A DNA stretch of 64,000 nucleotides from the human T2T-CHM13v2.0 reference genome, Homo sapiens: the NCBI RefSeq assembly GCF_009914755.1, contig NC_060934.1. One strand, 5' to 3'. The translations under genes were made by a program, and so were the position numbers. Under the pieces are notes generated by a model. The model was not told the DNA's origin, did not search any database, and was given only the letters and a program-made list of their open reading frames with translations. Below, piece by piece: positions 17,567-30,759 of the stretch (its first letter is position 1; each line of letters starts with the position of its first letter).

Positions 17567-20500
17567 TAGTAGTTTTTCTGCAAGAATAGTTGCTCCAAAG
17601 TTGAAACAGTGGGAGCAACGTTAATCATCAATTAAAAAACAAGGCAAACAATTGTGAGTGGTTGTCCTTGGTTCTTGATAAACGGACAGATGTGACTAAT
17701 ACTGTTCAGTTGTCATTGTGTATTAGAGTCAATGCTGAGTTTGAATTGGCTGAAGAATTCGCCTCTATGAGTAGTCTGCATGGAACAACTACAGGCAAGA
17801 ATATTTAGAGACGTTGATAAAACACTCATTCAATAGAACCTGAAGTGAAATCATCTAAGATGCATCACAATTGATGGTGGTGAATGTACATGGTGTAGAA
17901 AAAGGCATAGTTGGAAAAATTTACAAAGCTTGTGAAAATGTAACGAGTGTAAGGCTTGCCATTATTCATGGTAGCATTCATTAGCAGATACTTTGCAGAA
18001 GACATTTATCTATCAACATATTATTAAAAAGTAGTGTCAATATTGAAATTTAGTCACATTCATGGACTTAGCCATTGTGAATTCTGTAAACTTTTGACAG
18101 AAAAAGTTGAATACACTAAATTGTTCTACCATCTATACAGGCAATTTGATGGCTTAAGCAGAGGCAAAGTTTTATTGTGGATTTTTTTTAGCTTGAAGCC
18201 AAAACTGAAACTTATCTTAACAAGAACTGCCCTTGATCAATATTACTGAACACCAAATGTTTTGGGAAATTAGCTTTTGCTGCACACTTGATTATGTTTC
18301 TTGATTAACTCAACCCCAAATTACAATGGAAAACTGAGCTTATATGTGAAACTTATACTACAGTAAAGTCATTTCAACAACAATCATTGTTTGAATCGTG
18401 ATGTCATACATTTCTTGTGCTATCAAAAGTTAAAACAAGAAATGAGATCTTTATTTCTACACAAATTTGCATAGAATATATTTTCTGAGCTGAAACTAGA
18501 GTTTCAGCGCATATTTTGGCCTCAATGAAAGTGCAAAGAGAATTTCCATAATTTACAATCTACTTAGGTGTGAAATTGAGAAACTTTCACCTAATGTTCA
18601 ATTGGGACAGATTAATATGCAATGTAAAGCCATGCCAAAACACCAATATCAAGCAGGAATCTAGAATTTTATCAATGCCCTGAAATTGCTGCATATGCTC
18701 AGTTAAGATCGTATGCTTATCAAATGATAGAGTATTTGGCTGTAAATATCTGCATGAAGACATTTTCAAAGATAAAATATGTAAAATCTCATTACAAATC
18801 ACTAATAACTGATGAACATTTCCAACAGATTTTGATTATAGAGAACATTAACTCTGAACTCCAGTTAACATGTTATCTCCTTCAAAAATAATTCCATTCT
18901 TCACATTAGTGGATCTGTATTAGCAAAAAATTGTACTGAAATATTATTACTACAATTAGAGTACTATCCATAAAATTTTGTGGAAATTTATTTCTCCCTT
19001 CTTAGGTATGTACATAAGAAGCGAGAAATGTACATATATAAGAAGACATAAATAAATAAATTTCCACAAAATTTATTTTGTCTCTTCAACAAGTTAACAA
19101 CAAATTTTGTCAATCAGCAAATTGATTTCGTTTTTGAGGTTTCATCTTTAAAACAATGGCTAATACATAAATGGACACCTTGAGCAAGCTTTGGAATGGC
19201 CAGTATAAGAGGCTGCCCACTGAGTGGATTATTCTGTTGACTTCATTATGGACAGTCTTCACAAAGCAGATGTCCTGTGCTTCTGTTTCTAGTGGTTTAT
19301 CTATAAACTACTCCTATAGACTACCTTGTTATCCTATTTCATTTTTTTCTAGTTTTTTGCTAGATTTGCAACCTTAATAAGTTGCCACTACTCATGCATC
19401 AGGTACATGCATCAAGCCATCTCTTATTTTACATGAAATAGAACCATATACTGACCTAATATAAGCACATAGGAGGGTTTTCTTTCACTGCTGCTTCCAG
19501 GGCCCCTCTTAATTAACAACATCTTTTGCTTGGTGCCTGTAAACAGTGCAGATCTAAATGCAGCACAGAGCTACAAATCCCTTAACAAGTCATAGAAAAC
19601 TCACCGCAAGGTAAGAGATGTGTTGAAAGAGAGCCAGAAAGGTGGCAGGAGCAAGTACCAAGACCATCAGAACCATCTGTGCTCTGTTTGGATCTCTGGT
19701 AAATGTATTTCCATTCTGCAATTAAATTCTCCTATAAACATTCAATTTTATGGTTCAGCAGACTAGGTAACATCCAGATAAAGATGGATAGTTCAAGTCA
19801 TATAATCAGTGGGGTTGCATGGCCAGCAGCTATGAGCTTCCCAAGAGGTTTGGTTAGCATAATATTGTCCATGTATGGGAACAGCATGATGTCCTGCAGG
19901 ACAATAAGACAATCAGTGCCTCTTCAGAGTAAACTGTGACACAGGGTAAGAGAGTTCACCAAGTTTTGAGGAAAGACAATGAAAGAAATATTGTTCCACT
20001 CTCTAGAAAGTTAACCGCTTCTGATAACCTTTGTTAAAAGTGACATGGGAGATAAAGCAACCAAGTAACTGTACATCTATTCCCATAGTCTATGTTGAAT
20101 TCTTTAAGACTACAAATAGAATTATAGCTGCAATGGGAAACATCAGCTGATAACGATTTTTCATGATCATTCCCCCAAATCTTAACAACCTTTTCACTGG
20201 ACAAACATGGTCAATGGGGCTGCTTTATGAATCACAGTCACTACCTCTCTCAATTGTCTGATGGTCGCGTAAATCTCAACAGCTCTGCCAAGTCTAGGGT
20301 ATTATGGTTTCATAACAGTGAGCAGGGAAGGCGATTTGAGGACCTTCCACTTGGCCCTTTCTAAGACAATCCTCACTCTGTGGGTTATGTCTCACAGCAG
20401 TGATTTTGCCAGCTATTAATTGTATCTATTCTCCTAGTATATTTTGGGGCTGGAGAAATGATTGTAGGATGGGCATGTTACAAATGTTAGACATGATCTC

Positions 20501-20818
20501 AGGCCAAAGCTACACTCATCCTTTTAACTCCATAAACCCCACAGTGGCATTTATGGTCTAGAGTAATGAGTATCAGTTCAGAAATGGTATCTAATAGCTA
20601 GAATAGCCGCACAACTCATCGCATAAACCAGGATGCCTTTTGGAGTGAAGAAGACATTGACTGGACCAATGCTGTGACAATGGGCATACAGGAGGGCCAC
20701 CCCTGAGCAGCTGCAGCTTGTGGCCACTCTACTGATAGACAGGCAATCTGGATACTTCCCTTTCCTCTGGACGCAGTTATCCTGATAAATGGGTGCGGTT
20801 CCCTGTGGCAATATAGTA

Positions 20819-20897
20819 TTAGGTTGGTGCAAAAGTCATTATGGTTTTGTCCTTACTTTCAAGGGCAAAAGCTGCAATGACTTGTGCACCAATCTAA
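20819..20897. mobile_element. MADE1 (Hsmar1 MITE)
   Basis: TTAGGTTGGTGCAAAAGT ... GTGCACCAATCTAA palindrome, ~80 bp, TA TSDs. Confidence 0.93.
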
Positions 20898-21082
20898 TAG
20901 AATTTTTGCCAAAGAATCTGTCTCCTTATCAAGGGAGGAAGTGCTAGTTTTGTTACCTGGATTAGAACTGTAAACTGAATAAGAGCAATCAGAATCCCAC
21001 ACAGGAAGCTAAGGTGCTTCTGCCCACTAAACAAATAAATAAAGTAAGCAAACACCAACAACAATGAATATTAACAAACAAT

Positions 21083-21084
<2 letters not shown>

Positions 21085-21124
<40 letters not shown>
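21085..21124. repeat. (TG)n microsatellite
   Basis: ~19 perfect units. Confidence 0.97.
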
Positions 21125-21128
<4 letters not shown>

Positions 21129-22168
21129 CCAAAGTATGCTTCAAGAGCTGCTCATATATTTTCCCTCCAGGAGCTCAGTGGTTAATTAGCAATCACTACA
21201 GATTTTGAAAGCCAGAACAGTCTGAATACCGCTGTATCAGCATGGCTTATTGTAGAAATGGAAAATTGTCTGTTGTTTGAGCACCCCCACATTAGCCCTC
21301 TATTATTAAATCTAGGCCCTCATTATTTCCACTGAGATGAGAATTTAAATCCCACCATAACCTGTGGACTACAGAGGACAGGTCCCACTACAAAGCTGGA
21401 TAAGGATGCTGGCGCTCCCCAGTACCGAGGCATTTCTTAATGCCTGTTAAGGGATGGTCCTTCAAGTATTCATTGCAAAGGGGCAAGTTAAGAGAATGGC
21501 TGAGCAGGCTGCGAACAATGTATCCTTTCTGTCATTCCCAAATCCCTGGATCTTCAGATTCCTTCCGTGAAAGCATGCCAGGGGAACATCAGGATTTACA
21601 CTCCTTCATTGTAAAGCATATTTAGATGCAGGCTTTAATTAATCCATCCAGCAGACGATTGTCATTGCCAAGTACTCAATAAATTTCCATTTTTAAGGTA
21701 GCTCAAATACATTAGGAAACATGTCCTAATCCAAGTCTTATAGTTCACTCTTGTTGCTCTAACACTTTCTGAGTGAAATCCGATGGATTTTTCCAAATTC
21801 TTGCCAAAACAAAATGGTGAGATCCTACAACTCCTTCAGTGTTCTTTTGCCAGATGAATCCTTTTGTTTCTGGGGGAGGGGTGGCTATGCGGAGATCTCA
21901 GTCTCTTTGTGGGCCTGAAGATAATGAGGTTTAATGAGTTTTGTTCCTATGATAATCATTAAGTATCTCAGCAATAGTCATTGTAAAGTTTTGAAAAGGA
22001 GTTTTGTTCTCCTAGTGGGGAAAGAGCCCGAGGTGGACAATAACCTCTGCTAGCAAGGGATATTTTGGAATTTCACAGTTTTTAGTATCTTCTATGTCTT
22101 CTAAAATGATCCCATTTCATGACTCAGTGACTCAATCCCTCCCAATCTGTGTCCATAATTTAACCTAA

Positions 22169-22662
22169 TGCCGGGTCTGACCCGCAGACCCTGCCAAACG
22201 ACAGATGAAAAAACTGTACGCAGACACAGGTTTTTTGCCTGGCCGCGTGGCTAGGGGACCGGGCTGCCCCCAGACACCGAGGAGGGTGCTGTAAAGAGTT
22301 AGCAGCCGCAGCCTCGACCAGCCCTGCGGGCATTTATTCAGTACAGATTTAATGTCAAAGGCTTTGAGTCAACACACTTGTGGGTAGTTAACATGGTGGC
22401 CCCCCCACCCCCGCCCCCCACTCCGCGCCAGTGAGCAGTCTTGTGCACGGATGATTAAAGGCCTAAGTAAACTAACTTAACTTATCTAGATCAATTTCTT
22501 TACATCCCCTTGTTATCTCACCTAAGCTTTCAGGCACCAGATAAGAGAATCTGGCTGCCTTCTGCCAAACCATTTCCGGAAGCTTTTGTAAAACCTCCCA
22601 GCCTTCCAAGAAGGTTTGCATTTTTCTACAATTTTTCCCACCACCCTGACCGAACTCCTACA
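22169..22662 (-). mobile_element. LTR22-family solo LTR (HERV-K HML-5)
   Basis: TG..CA termini, perfect 6-bp TSD ACCTAA (22163-22168, 22663-22668); minus strand starts TGTAGGAGTTCGGTCAGGGTGGTGGGAAAAATTG. Confidence 0.85.
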
Positions 22663-23139
22663 ACCTAAGATACCAGATGAGTTGATGATTGATGCTGACA
22701 CCCTATGACACTCACAGTTGAGGTCTGTTACAACTGATCATTGGCCCTACCTGCTTTGCAAGATCAAATATGCCATGGAGACTGCTGCTCGCCCACGTGT
22801 GGTCTGCATGGGACATTCATGGTCTTCCATTAACTCTTCTCTTGTGTACATGCTCTCAGGCCTTCTGAAGCTGCCAGCCAATTCTGCAATCTTTACAATC
22901 GCTGTTGTCAGCATTGTGATTAATACTGGTCACTTGATCTCTAGACATCTCGCCCTTCTCTTGTGCTCATTCCTCTGTCACAGTGGAGATGACTTGAAGT
23001 AATTGTGTTGTCACCACATGCCCAGGTTTCAATTTGACCCCAGGGAAACAGTTGTTCATGCCCTCCTCACATATGTCAGCATCCCAATTCTTGACATATG
23101 GGAGGGTCTATTTCCGGAGGCAATGTCTGGTAATAGTTA

Positions 23140-24099
23140 TTGTACAAGTCATATTCCCAGCAGAGACAGCATTTTCACTTTTAAGTGGGTAGGTTTAATA
23201 AGGAACTATTTTCAAAGTAATGTGCAGGATTTAAAGAAACCAAAAAGTGATAGACCACTCCTCGGGATGGCAACCCCCAGGCCTCCTGATGAGAGTGATG
23301 GCCTTGGTTGGAGGAAGTACAATCATCTCATGCTACCCAGCTTGCTGGGTGTGATGGTTAATATTAGGTGTCAACTTGAGTGGATTGAGGGATGCCTTGA
23401 TGGCTCGTGAAGTGTTGTTTCTGGGTGTGCCTGTGAGGGTGTTGCCAGAGGAGACTGACATGTCGGTCAGTGGACTGAGAGGGGAAGACCTATCCACAAT
23501 GTGGGTAGGTGCCATCCAACTGGCTGCCAGCGTGGCTGGAACAAAGCAGGGGGCAGAAGGTGGATAAGTTTGCTTGCTAAGTCTTGTGGCTCTCTTTCTT
23601 CTTCCCATGCTGGACGCTTGCTTCCTCCCCTCCTGCCCTTGGACATCAGAATCCAGGTTCTTTGGCCCTTGGACTCTGGGACTTGCACCTTTGGCCTCAG
23701 ACTGAGGGCTACACCAACAACTTCCCTGGTTTTGAGGCTTTCAGACTTGTATTGAGCCATGCTATCAGTTTCTCTCTTTTCCCAGCTTGCGGACTGCCTA
23801 TCCTTATAATGGTGTGAGCCAATTCTCCCTAGTAAACTTCCTCTTATATATACATGTATCCTGTTGGTTCTGTCCCTCTGGAGAACCCTGACTAACACAA
23901 AGAGGATGCAGGAAACATGGCAAACTCACTCTCCTCCTACCTTCTTCTTTCCTGCAAGGGGCCCATTGATTAAGTCCAACTGAAAGCTAGAAGCATGAAG
24001 CATGTGGATGCCATCTGCATAAGTCTGCATCCACGCATCAAGGAAGGAAGAGTGGAACTGGATCTGGAGAGGTAAATGACAATATTGCTATCCAGTGCA
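23140..24099 (-). mobile_element. LTR33-like ERVL LTR split by MLT2B
   Basis: end GGATCTGGAGAGGTAAATGAC..TATCCAGTGCA resembles LTR33 antisense. Confidence 0.6.
23350..23899 (+). mobile_element. MLT2B-type solo LTR (ERVL)
   Basis: TGTGATGGTTAATATTAGGTGTCAACTTG ... GAGAACCCTGACTAACACA. Confidence 0.9.
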
Positions 24100-25035
24100 G
24101 ATGCTTTCTGTATTGCTTGTGACACAAAAACACACGATTCACCTGATTATTGTGAAAATCTAACACAATTTTAAAAATCATTCAGAAAGTTCTAAAATGA
24201 AAACTCCTTTCCTCCCCTCACCAAGTCCACTCTGAAGAAAGAAAACTTTGTAGAGTTTCTATAATTTAGTTTTTCTGACTCTAACTTTTGATGATATATT
24301 TAACTATGTTAGATCAAGTTCATCTGAATCATTCTCCTCATATAATTCTATGAAAATGTGGGTGAAATACCATCATTTGAATACTGCTGAGATTAAATGC
24401 ATGAAGCTAAGCATATGGGAGGGTGGTGGTGTTAAATGTCAGAACTAAGGAGAAAACTTAAGTCCTGACCATTAAGTGTGAGTGCCGAAGCTGTGGTGGT
24501 TTAATCAGACTGAGATATGCATCCTAACCTTTAAGAGAATGAGTTTTTAATGCTGAATAGGAACAGAAACAGGGACCTTAAACCACTATGACACAATAAT
24601 AAGGAGCTGGGACCACTGTATAAAGTCTGGGCTTTGAGAGAACTGCCCATTTCATCCATAAGGATGAGAACAGCTCTGTGCACTGCCCCAGTGAACTGGA
24701 GTGAAGCTTTCTCCACCAAGGGCTCTGAATGAGAAAAATCATCTCCCATTATAAGAGCCAGAGTGCATGCTGGACATAAGAATGGCTTCCACATTATACT
24801 AACTGGGGTGTGTGGGAATCCCAGCTTGAGAAATTAATGCACAACTGATTCCAGACTGGGTAATCTTCTGCAGAAAGCTTGCAAAGGGCAAATTGTTCCC
24901 TAGGGACTTTCTACAATATGAATTGCATGAGGATCCTACATAGGAAAAAAAATACACTAAAGATTCAATCAGGAATAATCATGACAAACTACGAGAGCTG
25001 GTGATGTATAATAAGTTAGAATCAGCAGAGACACA

Positions 25036-25502
25036 AAACAGGAGGATTAGGACCCCAATGAATAAGAAAGAACACAATGCAAGCCTCTGTTTCTTTTGGG
25101 GTGTGCAGGATCAAACACACCATGGAGCTGTGGTCTGAATGGGACATCTATGGTCTTCCATTAGCTCTTTCCTTGTGTACACGCTCTCATGTCCTCTGAA
25201 GCTGCCAGCCGATTCTGTAATTTTTACAATCACTGTTGTCAGAATTTCAATTAGTACTACAGTCACTTGATCTCTAGACAACTCGCCCTCCTCTTGTGCT
25301 CATTCCTCTGTCACAGTGGAGACAACTTGAGTAATTGCATTGTCACCACATGCTCTGGTTTCAATTTGATCCTGGAAAGAAAGTTGTTCATACCCTCCTC
25401 ACATATGGCAGCAGCCCAATTCTAGACACAGGTGAGGGTCCTAAACAGGAGAATTAGGACCCCAAGAAAATAAGAAACATCAAAATGCAAGAGTCTGTTT
25501 CT
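25036..25502 (+). repeat. dispersed copy (25104-25442) of 22757-23109 bracketed by ~59-bp direct repeats (25036-25094, 25443-25502)
   Basis: visual alignment, e.g. shared GTCACTTGATCTCTAGACA and CTCTTGTGCTCATTCCTCTGTCACAGTGGAGA. Confidence 0.9.
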
Positions 25503-27762
25503 GTTAGGGTGACTATCATTTTCCTGGACATGATTTTTCCAGGAGGTGTCTCTGGGGTGAGTCACACTTACTGTTCATGCCCTCAGATCAAAGCTCTTTC
25601 TCCTGTTTATTTGATCCAGGCACCTCTACATAGACCCCTCTACTTCTGCCCTTCGGAATCTCTTCTGCCTCTGAAGGGCATCTTCTGCCACTATGCTCCA
25701 TTCGTTTCTCCCAGGCTACAGTCATTAAGGGGCACAACCTCATTAACCCACTTTTAAAAGGCGTTCAAATTTTCTGGCCTCCTTGTGAGACCTGCCACCT
25801 GCATTCCCTGGACTTGCTCCCACCCAGGATTTCTGCATTTTATCTTTTCACCTCCTACCCCCAGTGCCTGGGGAGGTGTGGGGATAGTTTTGAGCACTAC
25901 CATGGCTAGGAGGTTTCCAGAATTCCTGCTCTTCCTGGCACTCCAATGGCTGCTTCCCGTCATTATTTCTTGCCAGATTCTGCCTCATTTTCAGCAGCAC
26001 TTATGCATAATTTGGAATTTTTAGTGATATCTCTTCCATTGTTTCACTGATAATTTTTTTTCTTCTTACTTTTTTCTGACAACTTACTTGCCTGATAAAC
26101 GATCAAATTTATGGCTAAATACCTATATTTACCACTGCCTCCTTACAGATATCAGGGAGGCTAACACCAATGTCTTTGATTCAATCAAGTGACTTTTAGA
26201 AGAAACTCATCTGTTAGGACCACATGGATATATCCAGTTTCTTAAGCTGAAGAAAAGTTTGCTGACTGTGTCAGAAAATGGGATAGACAATTTAATTTGC
26301 ATATATATAAAACCATACATTGACAAGAAACAAGTCAAACTCAATGAAACATCTATATCTAGGGTTACTCAGGCAATACTATTATCAGCTTAAAGAAAGA
26401 AGACTTTCACAACACCATGTATTGTTAGAATTTTTTTAAAAGGTAAAAAGATTCCTGGGAAGTCTCAATGCCGTTTGATAAATAAAGAATCAAAAGGAGT
26501 AATTGCATTACTGATTAGCTTCTATTTAGAATGCAGTTTGCAGAGCTACTTAAGGTTTTGGAAGTAGAGAATGTTATTTTGATGACAGGCTGAAGAACAA
26601 GACAGTCTTAAGGATTTGAGCTTTGTAGGAAAGGAAATTGATTTTTAAGAATCGAGGTGATCAAAGGATCTGACAATTTGGAATGCAATACATTTTTCAT
26701 GAAGAAGCAACATAATATGAGAAATTTAGAAGGATATGAGAATAAGTATTCAGGAATTCAGGAAAAAAATTAAAAAGGAAGTCTCTAAATAAATAGAATA
26801 TTTAGAGTTTAAGAGAGAGTAATTGTGTGATAGATGAATCAATTTAAAAATGGAGAATAACACATGGGAGATAAGTAAAGGAAATAAACCTGATAACATG
26901 TTTTGTTACATTAAGTGACTGTGTTCTGCCATTCCTTATGTTGTTAGCAGATACCTCAGGAGAATGTCAAGCTGAGTATCTTTGCGTTATGCAGAAAAAA
27001 CATGTGTTTCCCAATGCAAGCATATTAATGAATAAATTACTACTATGTACAGATATATTTTATAGGAAGTCACTGGAAGATCTCAGTGCTTGTCTGGGCT
27101 ACAAAACATTTCTTCTGATTCCATATAAAACCTTCAGAGTATAATATATCTATGCTAATAGTTTCCTTAAAAATCAGTGACGTGGCTTGTTGATTTTTAT
27201 CACATTTTATACTGTACTTCAAGAATGAATTCTGTAATGTGAGTCCTCCTGTGTTAATATCAAAGAAAGATGAAAAGACTTTACTGTTCCAATTCTGCAA
27301 CTCAGATATGTCTTCCAAAAATAGATCTTGGGGTCAAAATACCACTAACTATATAGTTCTCTTTCAAACAAACAAACAAACAAATAGCACCATATTCTAG
27401 AGAAATAAATGCCTTAGGGCTATCTCAGGAAACTTGAGCTAGAAGCGAGGAATAATATACATCACATTTGAAATTCATTAACCTCTTTAAATGAAAGAAC
27501 TGGGTTCTGGAAAAGACATATGCTTGTCAACTCAGCAAGGAACTTGTTGCAATATAAAAGGAGATTGCTTGCATTTTTAAATTAAACTTACGAACTATAT
27601 TACCAATATATTTGATGGTTACAATTGGGGTCAAATGCACATTCTGCCACAGCTATAAGGAAAAACAATGCAAGAGAAAGGAAAACCTTTCATTTAAAAT
27701 TTTTGCTTGACTAGAAATAGTGTGTCTGTTGACTTAAGGGCTAAACATTGTTCGTTAAACTA

Positions 27763-28120
27763 TAGCCATGCATCACTTCATGATGGGTATACGTTCTTAA
27801 AAATGCATTGTTAGGTGATTGCATCACTGTGTGAACATCATAGAGTGCACTTTAATGCAAACCTAGATGGTAGAGCCTCCTACACACCTAGGCTATATGG
27901 CATAGCCTATTGCTCCTGGGCTACAAACATGTACAGCATGTTACTGAACTAAACACTGCAGTCCATTGTAATACAGTGGTGAGTATTTGTCTATCTAAAC
28001 ATATTTAAACATAGAAAAGGTAAAGTACAAAATGCAGTGTTATTATATAATCTTACAGGACAGCCATTGCCTATGTGGTCCATTGTTGATGAAACATCCT
28101 TATGTGGTGCATCGCCATTT
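27763..28120 (+). mobile_element. Tigger3a-like (MER7) MITE
   Basis: AAACCTAGATGGTAGAGCCTCCTACACACCTAGGCTATATGG..CTAAACAT..TAGAAAAGGTA. Confidence 0.87.
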
Positions 28121-28769
28121 ATATACATTTAAGCCAGACTCCATTCCAGAATGAATGTAGCTTACATTTCAGATCTACTTGTCTAGCATTATCTCTAATT
28201 AATTTTCCTCATACACGCTATTATTTGTCCAACTGCCCCACTTACCCAGCTTAGAGCACATTCTGCATTCCGTAGCCTCCGTGGATTGCTCATCTTGTTC
28301 CAGCTGCTTGGACCACTCATCTTTCCTTCATTGCTCTGCCCATTAGCACTCAAGGATAAGTAAACTTTACGGTCCACCTGGTGGAAACCTCACTTCCCCC
28401 TTGAAGTCTTCATGGATAATCCCTAGAAGCAAATATCTTCTTCTATTTCAGGCTCCCATTTCATATCATTTGAATTTGTCACAACAGGTGATTAATTTTT
28501 GCTTGTTTTATAGGATATTGTGGGCATCTTATTTCCTATGCCAATTGGCATGAAATTTCATGGAAACAGTTTAGCCTTAGTCATCTTTATTTCCCCCACA
28601 GGCATATAGAGAAAAGATCGCATGTAGTGGGCACTCAGTCGGTAATTGCTGAAATGGTGAAGGTCACCACTTTGTCAAGAATAGAATCAGTATGAATATC
28701 AGAATTTTCAAATTCTTATATGAGAACTGCTCCATAACATAGGTTTTTAAATTTTTGGTTGATTAAAAC

Positions 28770-29025
28770 TTACGTGTATATATACACACATATATATACC
28801 TAAACACAAATATATATGCACAATATATAGTTACATACATACAGATATGTACATATATATGCATATATTTTTAATATAGGTATATATTTATATTTTACTA
28901 TATTCATAAAATATATGTATATATTAAATATAAATATATATACAAATATATTTAATATAAATATATACACATATAAACTATATATAAATATTTATATAAA
29001 CATACATATATATTTAAACTACATG
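28770..29025. repeat. (TA)-rich low complexity
   Basis: direct reading. Confidence 0.9.
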
Positions 29026-30759
29026 AATATTTAGTGGGAACAATACATTTTGCTGCCATGAGGAAAAAAATAAAAAACTCATTTATGATTCTTTACTCAG
29101 ACTGATGAAGACTATATATAGTATCTCTTTCTTTCTAAATGTTGCAAAGAAATCACCCACAGAATATAGCATTTTTATAGCTTGAAACTTGAGATTGTGT
29201 TAATTAGTGGAAATAAGAATTATCAAGACTTTGTATTTTAAGAGCATTTACTTTATTAGTGTATCATTTTTCTCAACAATAAATTAACAAGCAGAGAGGG
29301 AGGCAGAACCCTCTAGAAATAAAATATGAATTAGAACAGCAGAAAGAAAGGGAGAAAATGGGAGTGGAGAAAAAATAAAGAAATCAACAATGCAATATAT
29401 AAATGTTGAAATATCTTGAGTGAATACTAAAATATCAAGAATAAAATAATCCAGACTAATAGCCACTCTGGGGATCTTCTCCTTTCAAACTTTTGAAATG
29501 TTTTATCATAGCAAAATGGTTCCCTTAATTGCCAAGAGATAATGATAATTACAAATATTCAAGAGTTTTATTATTAACAGTAATGTTCACATAAGTTGAA
29601 TGCAAGGCCAACGGAAAAGTCTCAGGGACTTTGCTCTCTTGTCTTGATAAAATTAGATTTTTCTGAATCATGTGAGACACCTGATGCCTGACACATCAGC
29701 TGAGTCCTGACGCAATGAAAAGAGTTCTTATTCACCTGTCTAAATGCAGAAAAATAGTAAAATACGAAATTCGAGGTGCGAGGAAAGTCTGGAAGAAAAG
29801 CACTTCTTTCTCTTTACTTTGAAAAGGTGGTGCACTTAGAAAATAAAAAAATAGGTACTTTGTAGGAAAAGGCGTGCTGTGGAAACTACATTATCGGTAT
29901 TCATAGAACTTCTTTAGTGGATTCGCTTCAAGTAGTTGTGAAATTGAGCTCATGCTTCAAGGTAGCGAGCAGTATGTGCTAAACCATTGATTTGTGCCTA
30001 ATAGCAGTTGGATTCTCATGGAGGCAACTTTTCTCACCTCCTCCCTTTTTCTTTCGATTCTGAATGTCTGGAGCTTCCACACATAAGGGGTTGGAGGGAA
30101 CTGCCCCTACTGCAGACCCTTGGTAGTGGACTCTTCCTACAGCAACACATAAGACGCTTATGGTCCAGGTGTTCAGATGCAACACAAGAGAAGTCTTGTC
30201 TTAGTTTTCTGCATCAGATTTATATAATTGTAGTGAAAATATTTTTACAATTAAAATTGTTGAGGAGAACCATTAATCAATAGAGTATAGAAGCTACTAT
30301 TCACCCTGACATTTCATGGTGTTTTACTTTGCAGTGCATTCTTACCCACCTTTGTCATTTGTTAATCATAAAACCCTGATAGACAAGTATTGATCTTCAC
30401 CTTTGGCAGATTAGAAAAGTGAGCTTTAGAGAGGACTGGACAGTACAAATGGAAATAGATTATCAGGAATCCAGCCACCATTCAAACTTAGGGGTCCTGA
30501 TCTAGGGTTTTTTTCTACTACATTATGGCTTTGGAGTTATTTGATTAATGTGACTAATGAAAATATGAAGTCCAGGTAGTTGTGGGCATGTTGAATTTTA
30601 CCTTTTTTTCTTTTCTACTCTTAACAAAATGCACTCTATTTTCTATGCAGTGGCAGGAAAAAAAATTTTGGAGAAGGCAAGTAAATTGTACTGCTATTCC
30701 CACTTCTTTCTCTGTCATACTTATAGAATTAAAAATTCCTAACAGGTTTAGCCTCAGCT

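Larger units (their letters stand above)
16700..18990 (+). mobile_element. decayed Charlie-type hAT transposon (GTF2IRD2/SPIN-like transposase fossil)
   Basis: broken frames give LDxxTDVTNTVQL, SLHGTTTG, LAFAAHL..LNPKLQ and a dimerisation-like FG..YL..FSKIKYVKSHY..ITDEH. Confidence 0.72.
19170..23110 (-). mobile_element. ancient ERVL internal (gag-pol) remnant
   Basis: minus-strand peptide remnants such as VRIVLERAKWKVL (about 20340-20385) resemble the ERVL protease/RT junction; abuts an LTR33-like LTR. Confidence 0.6.
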
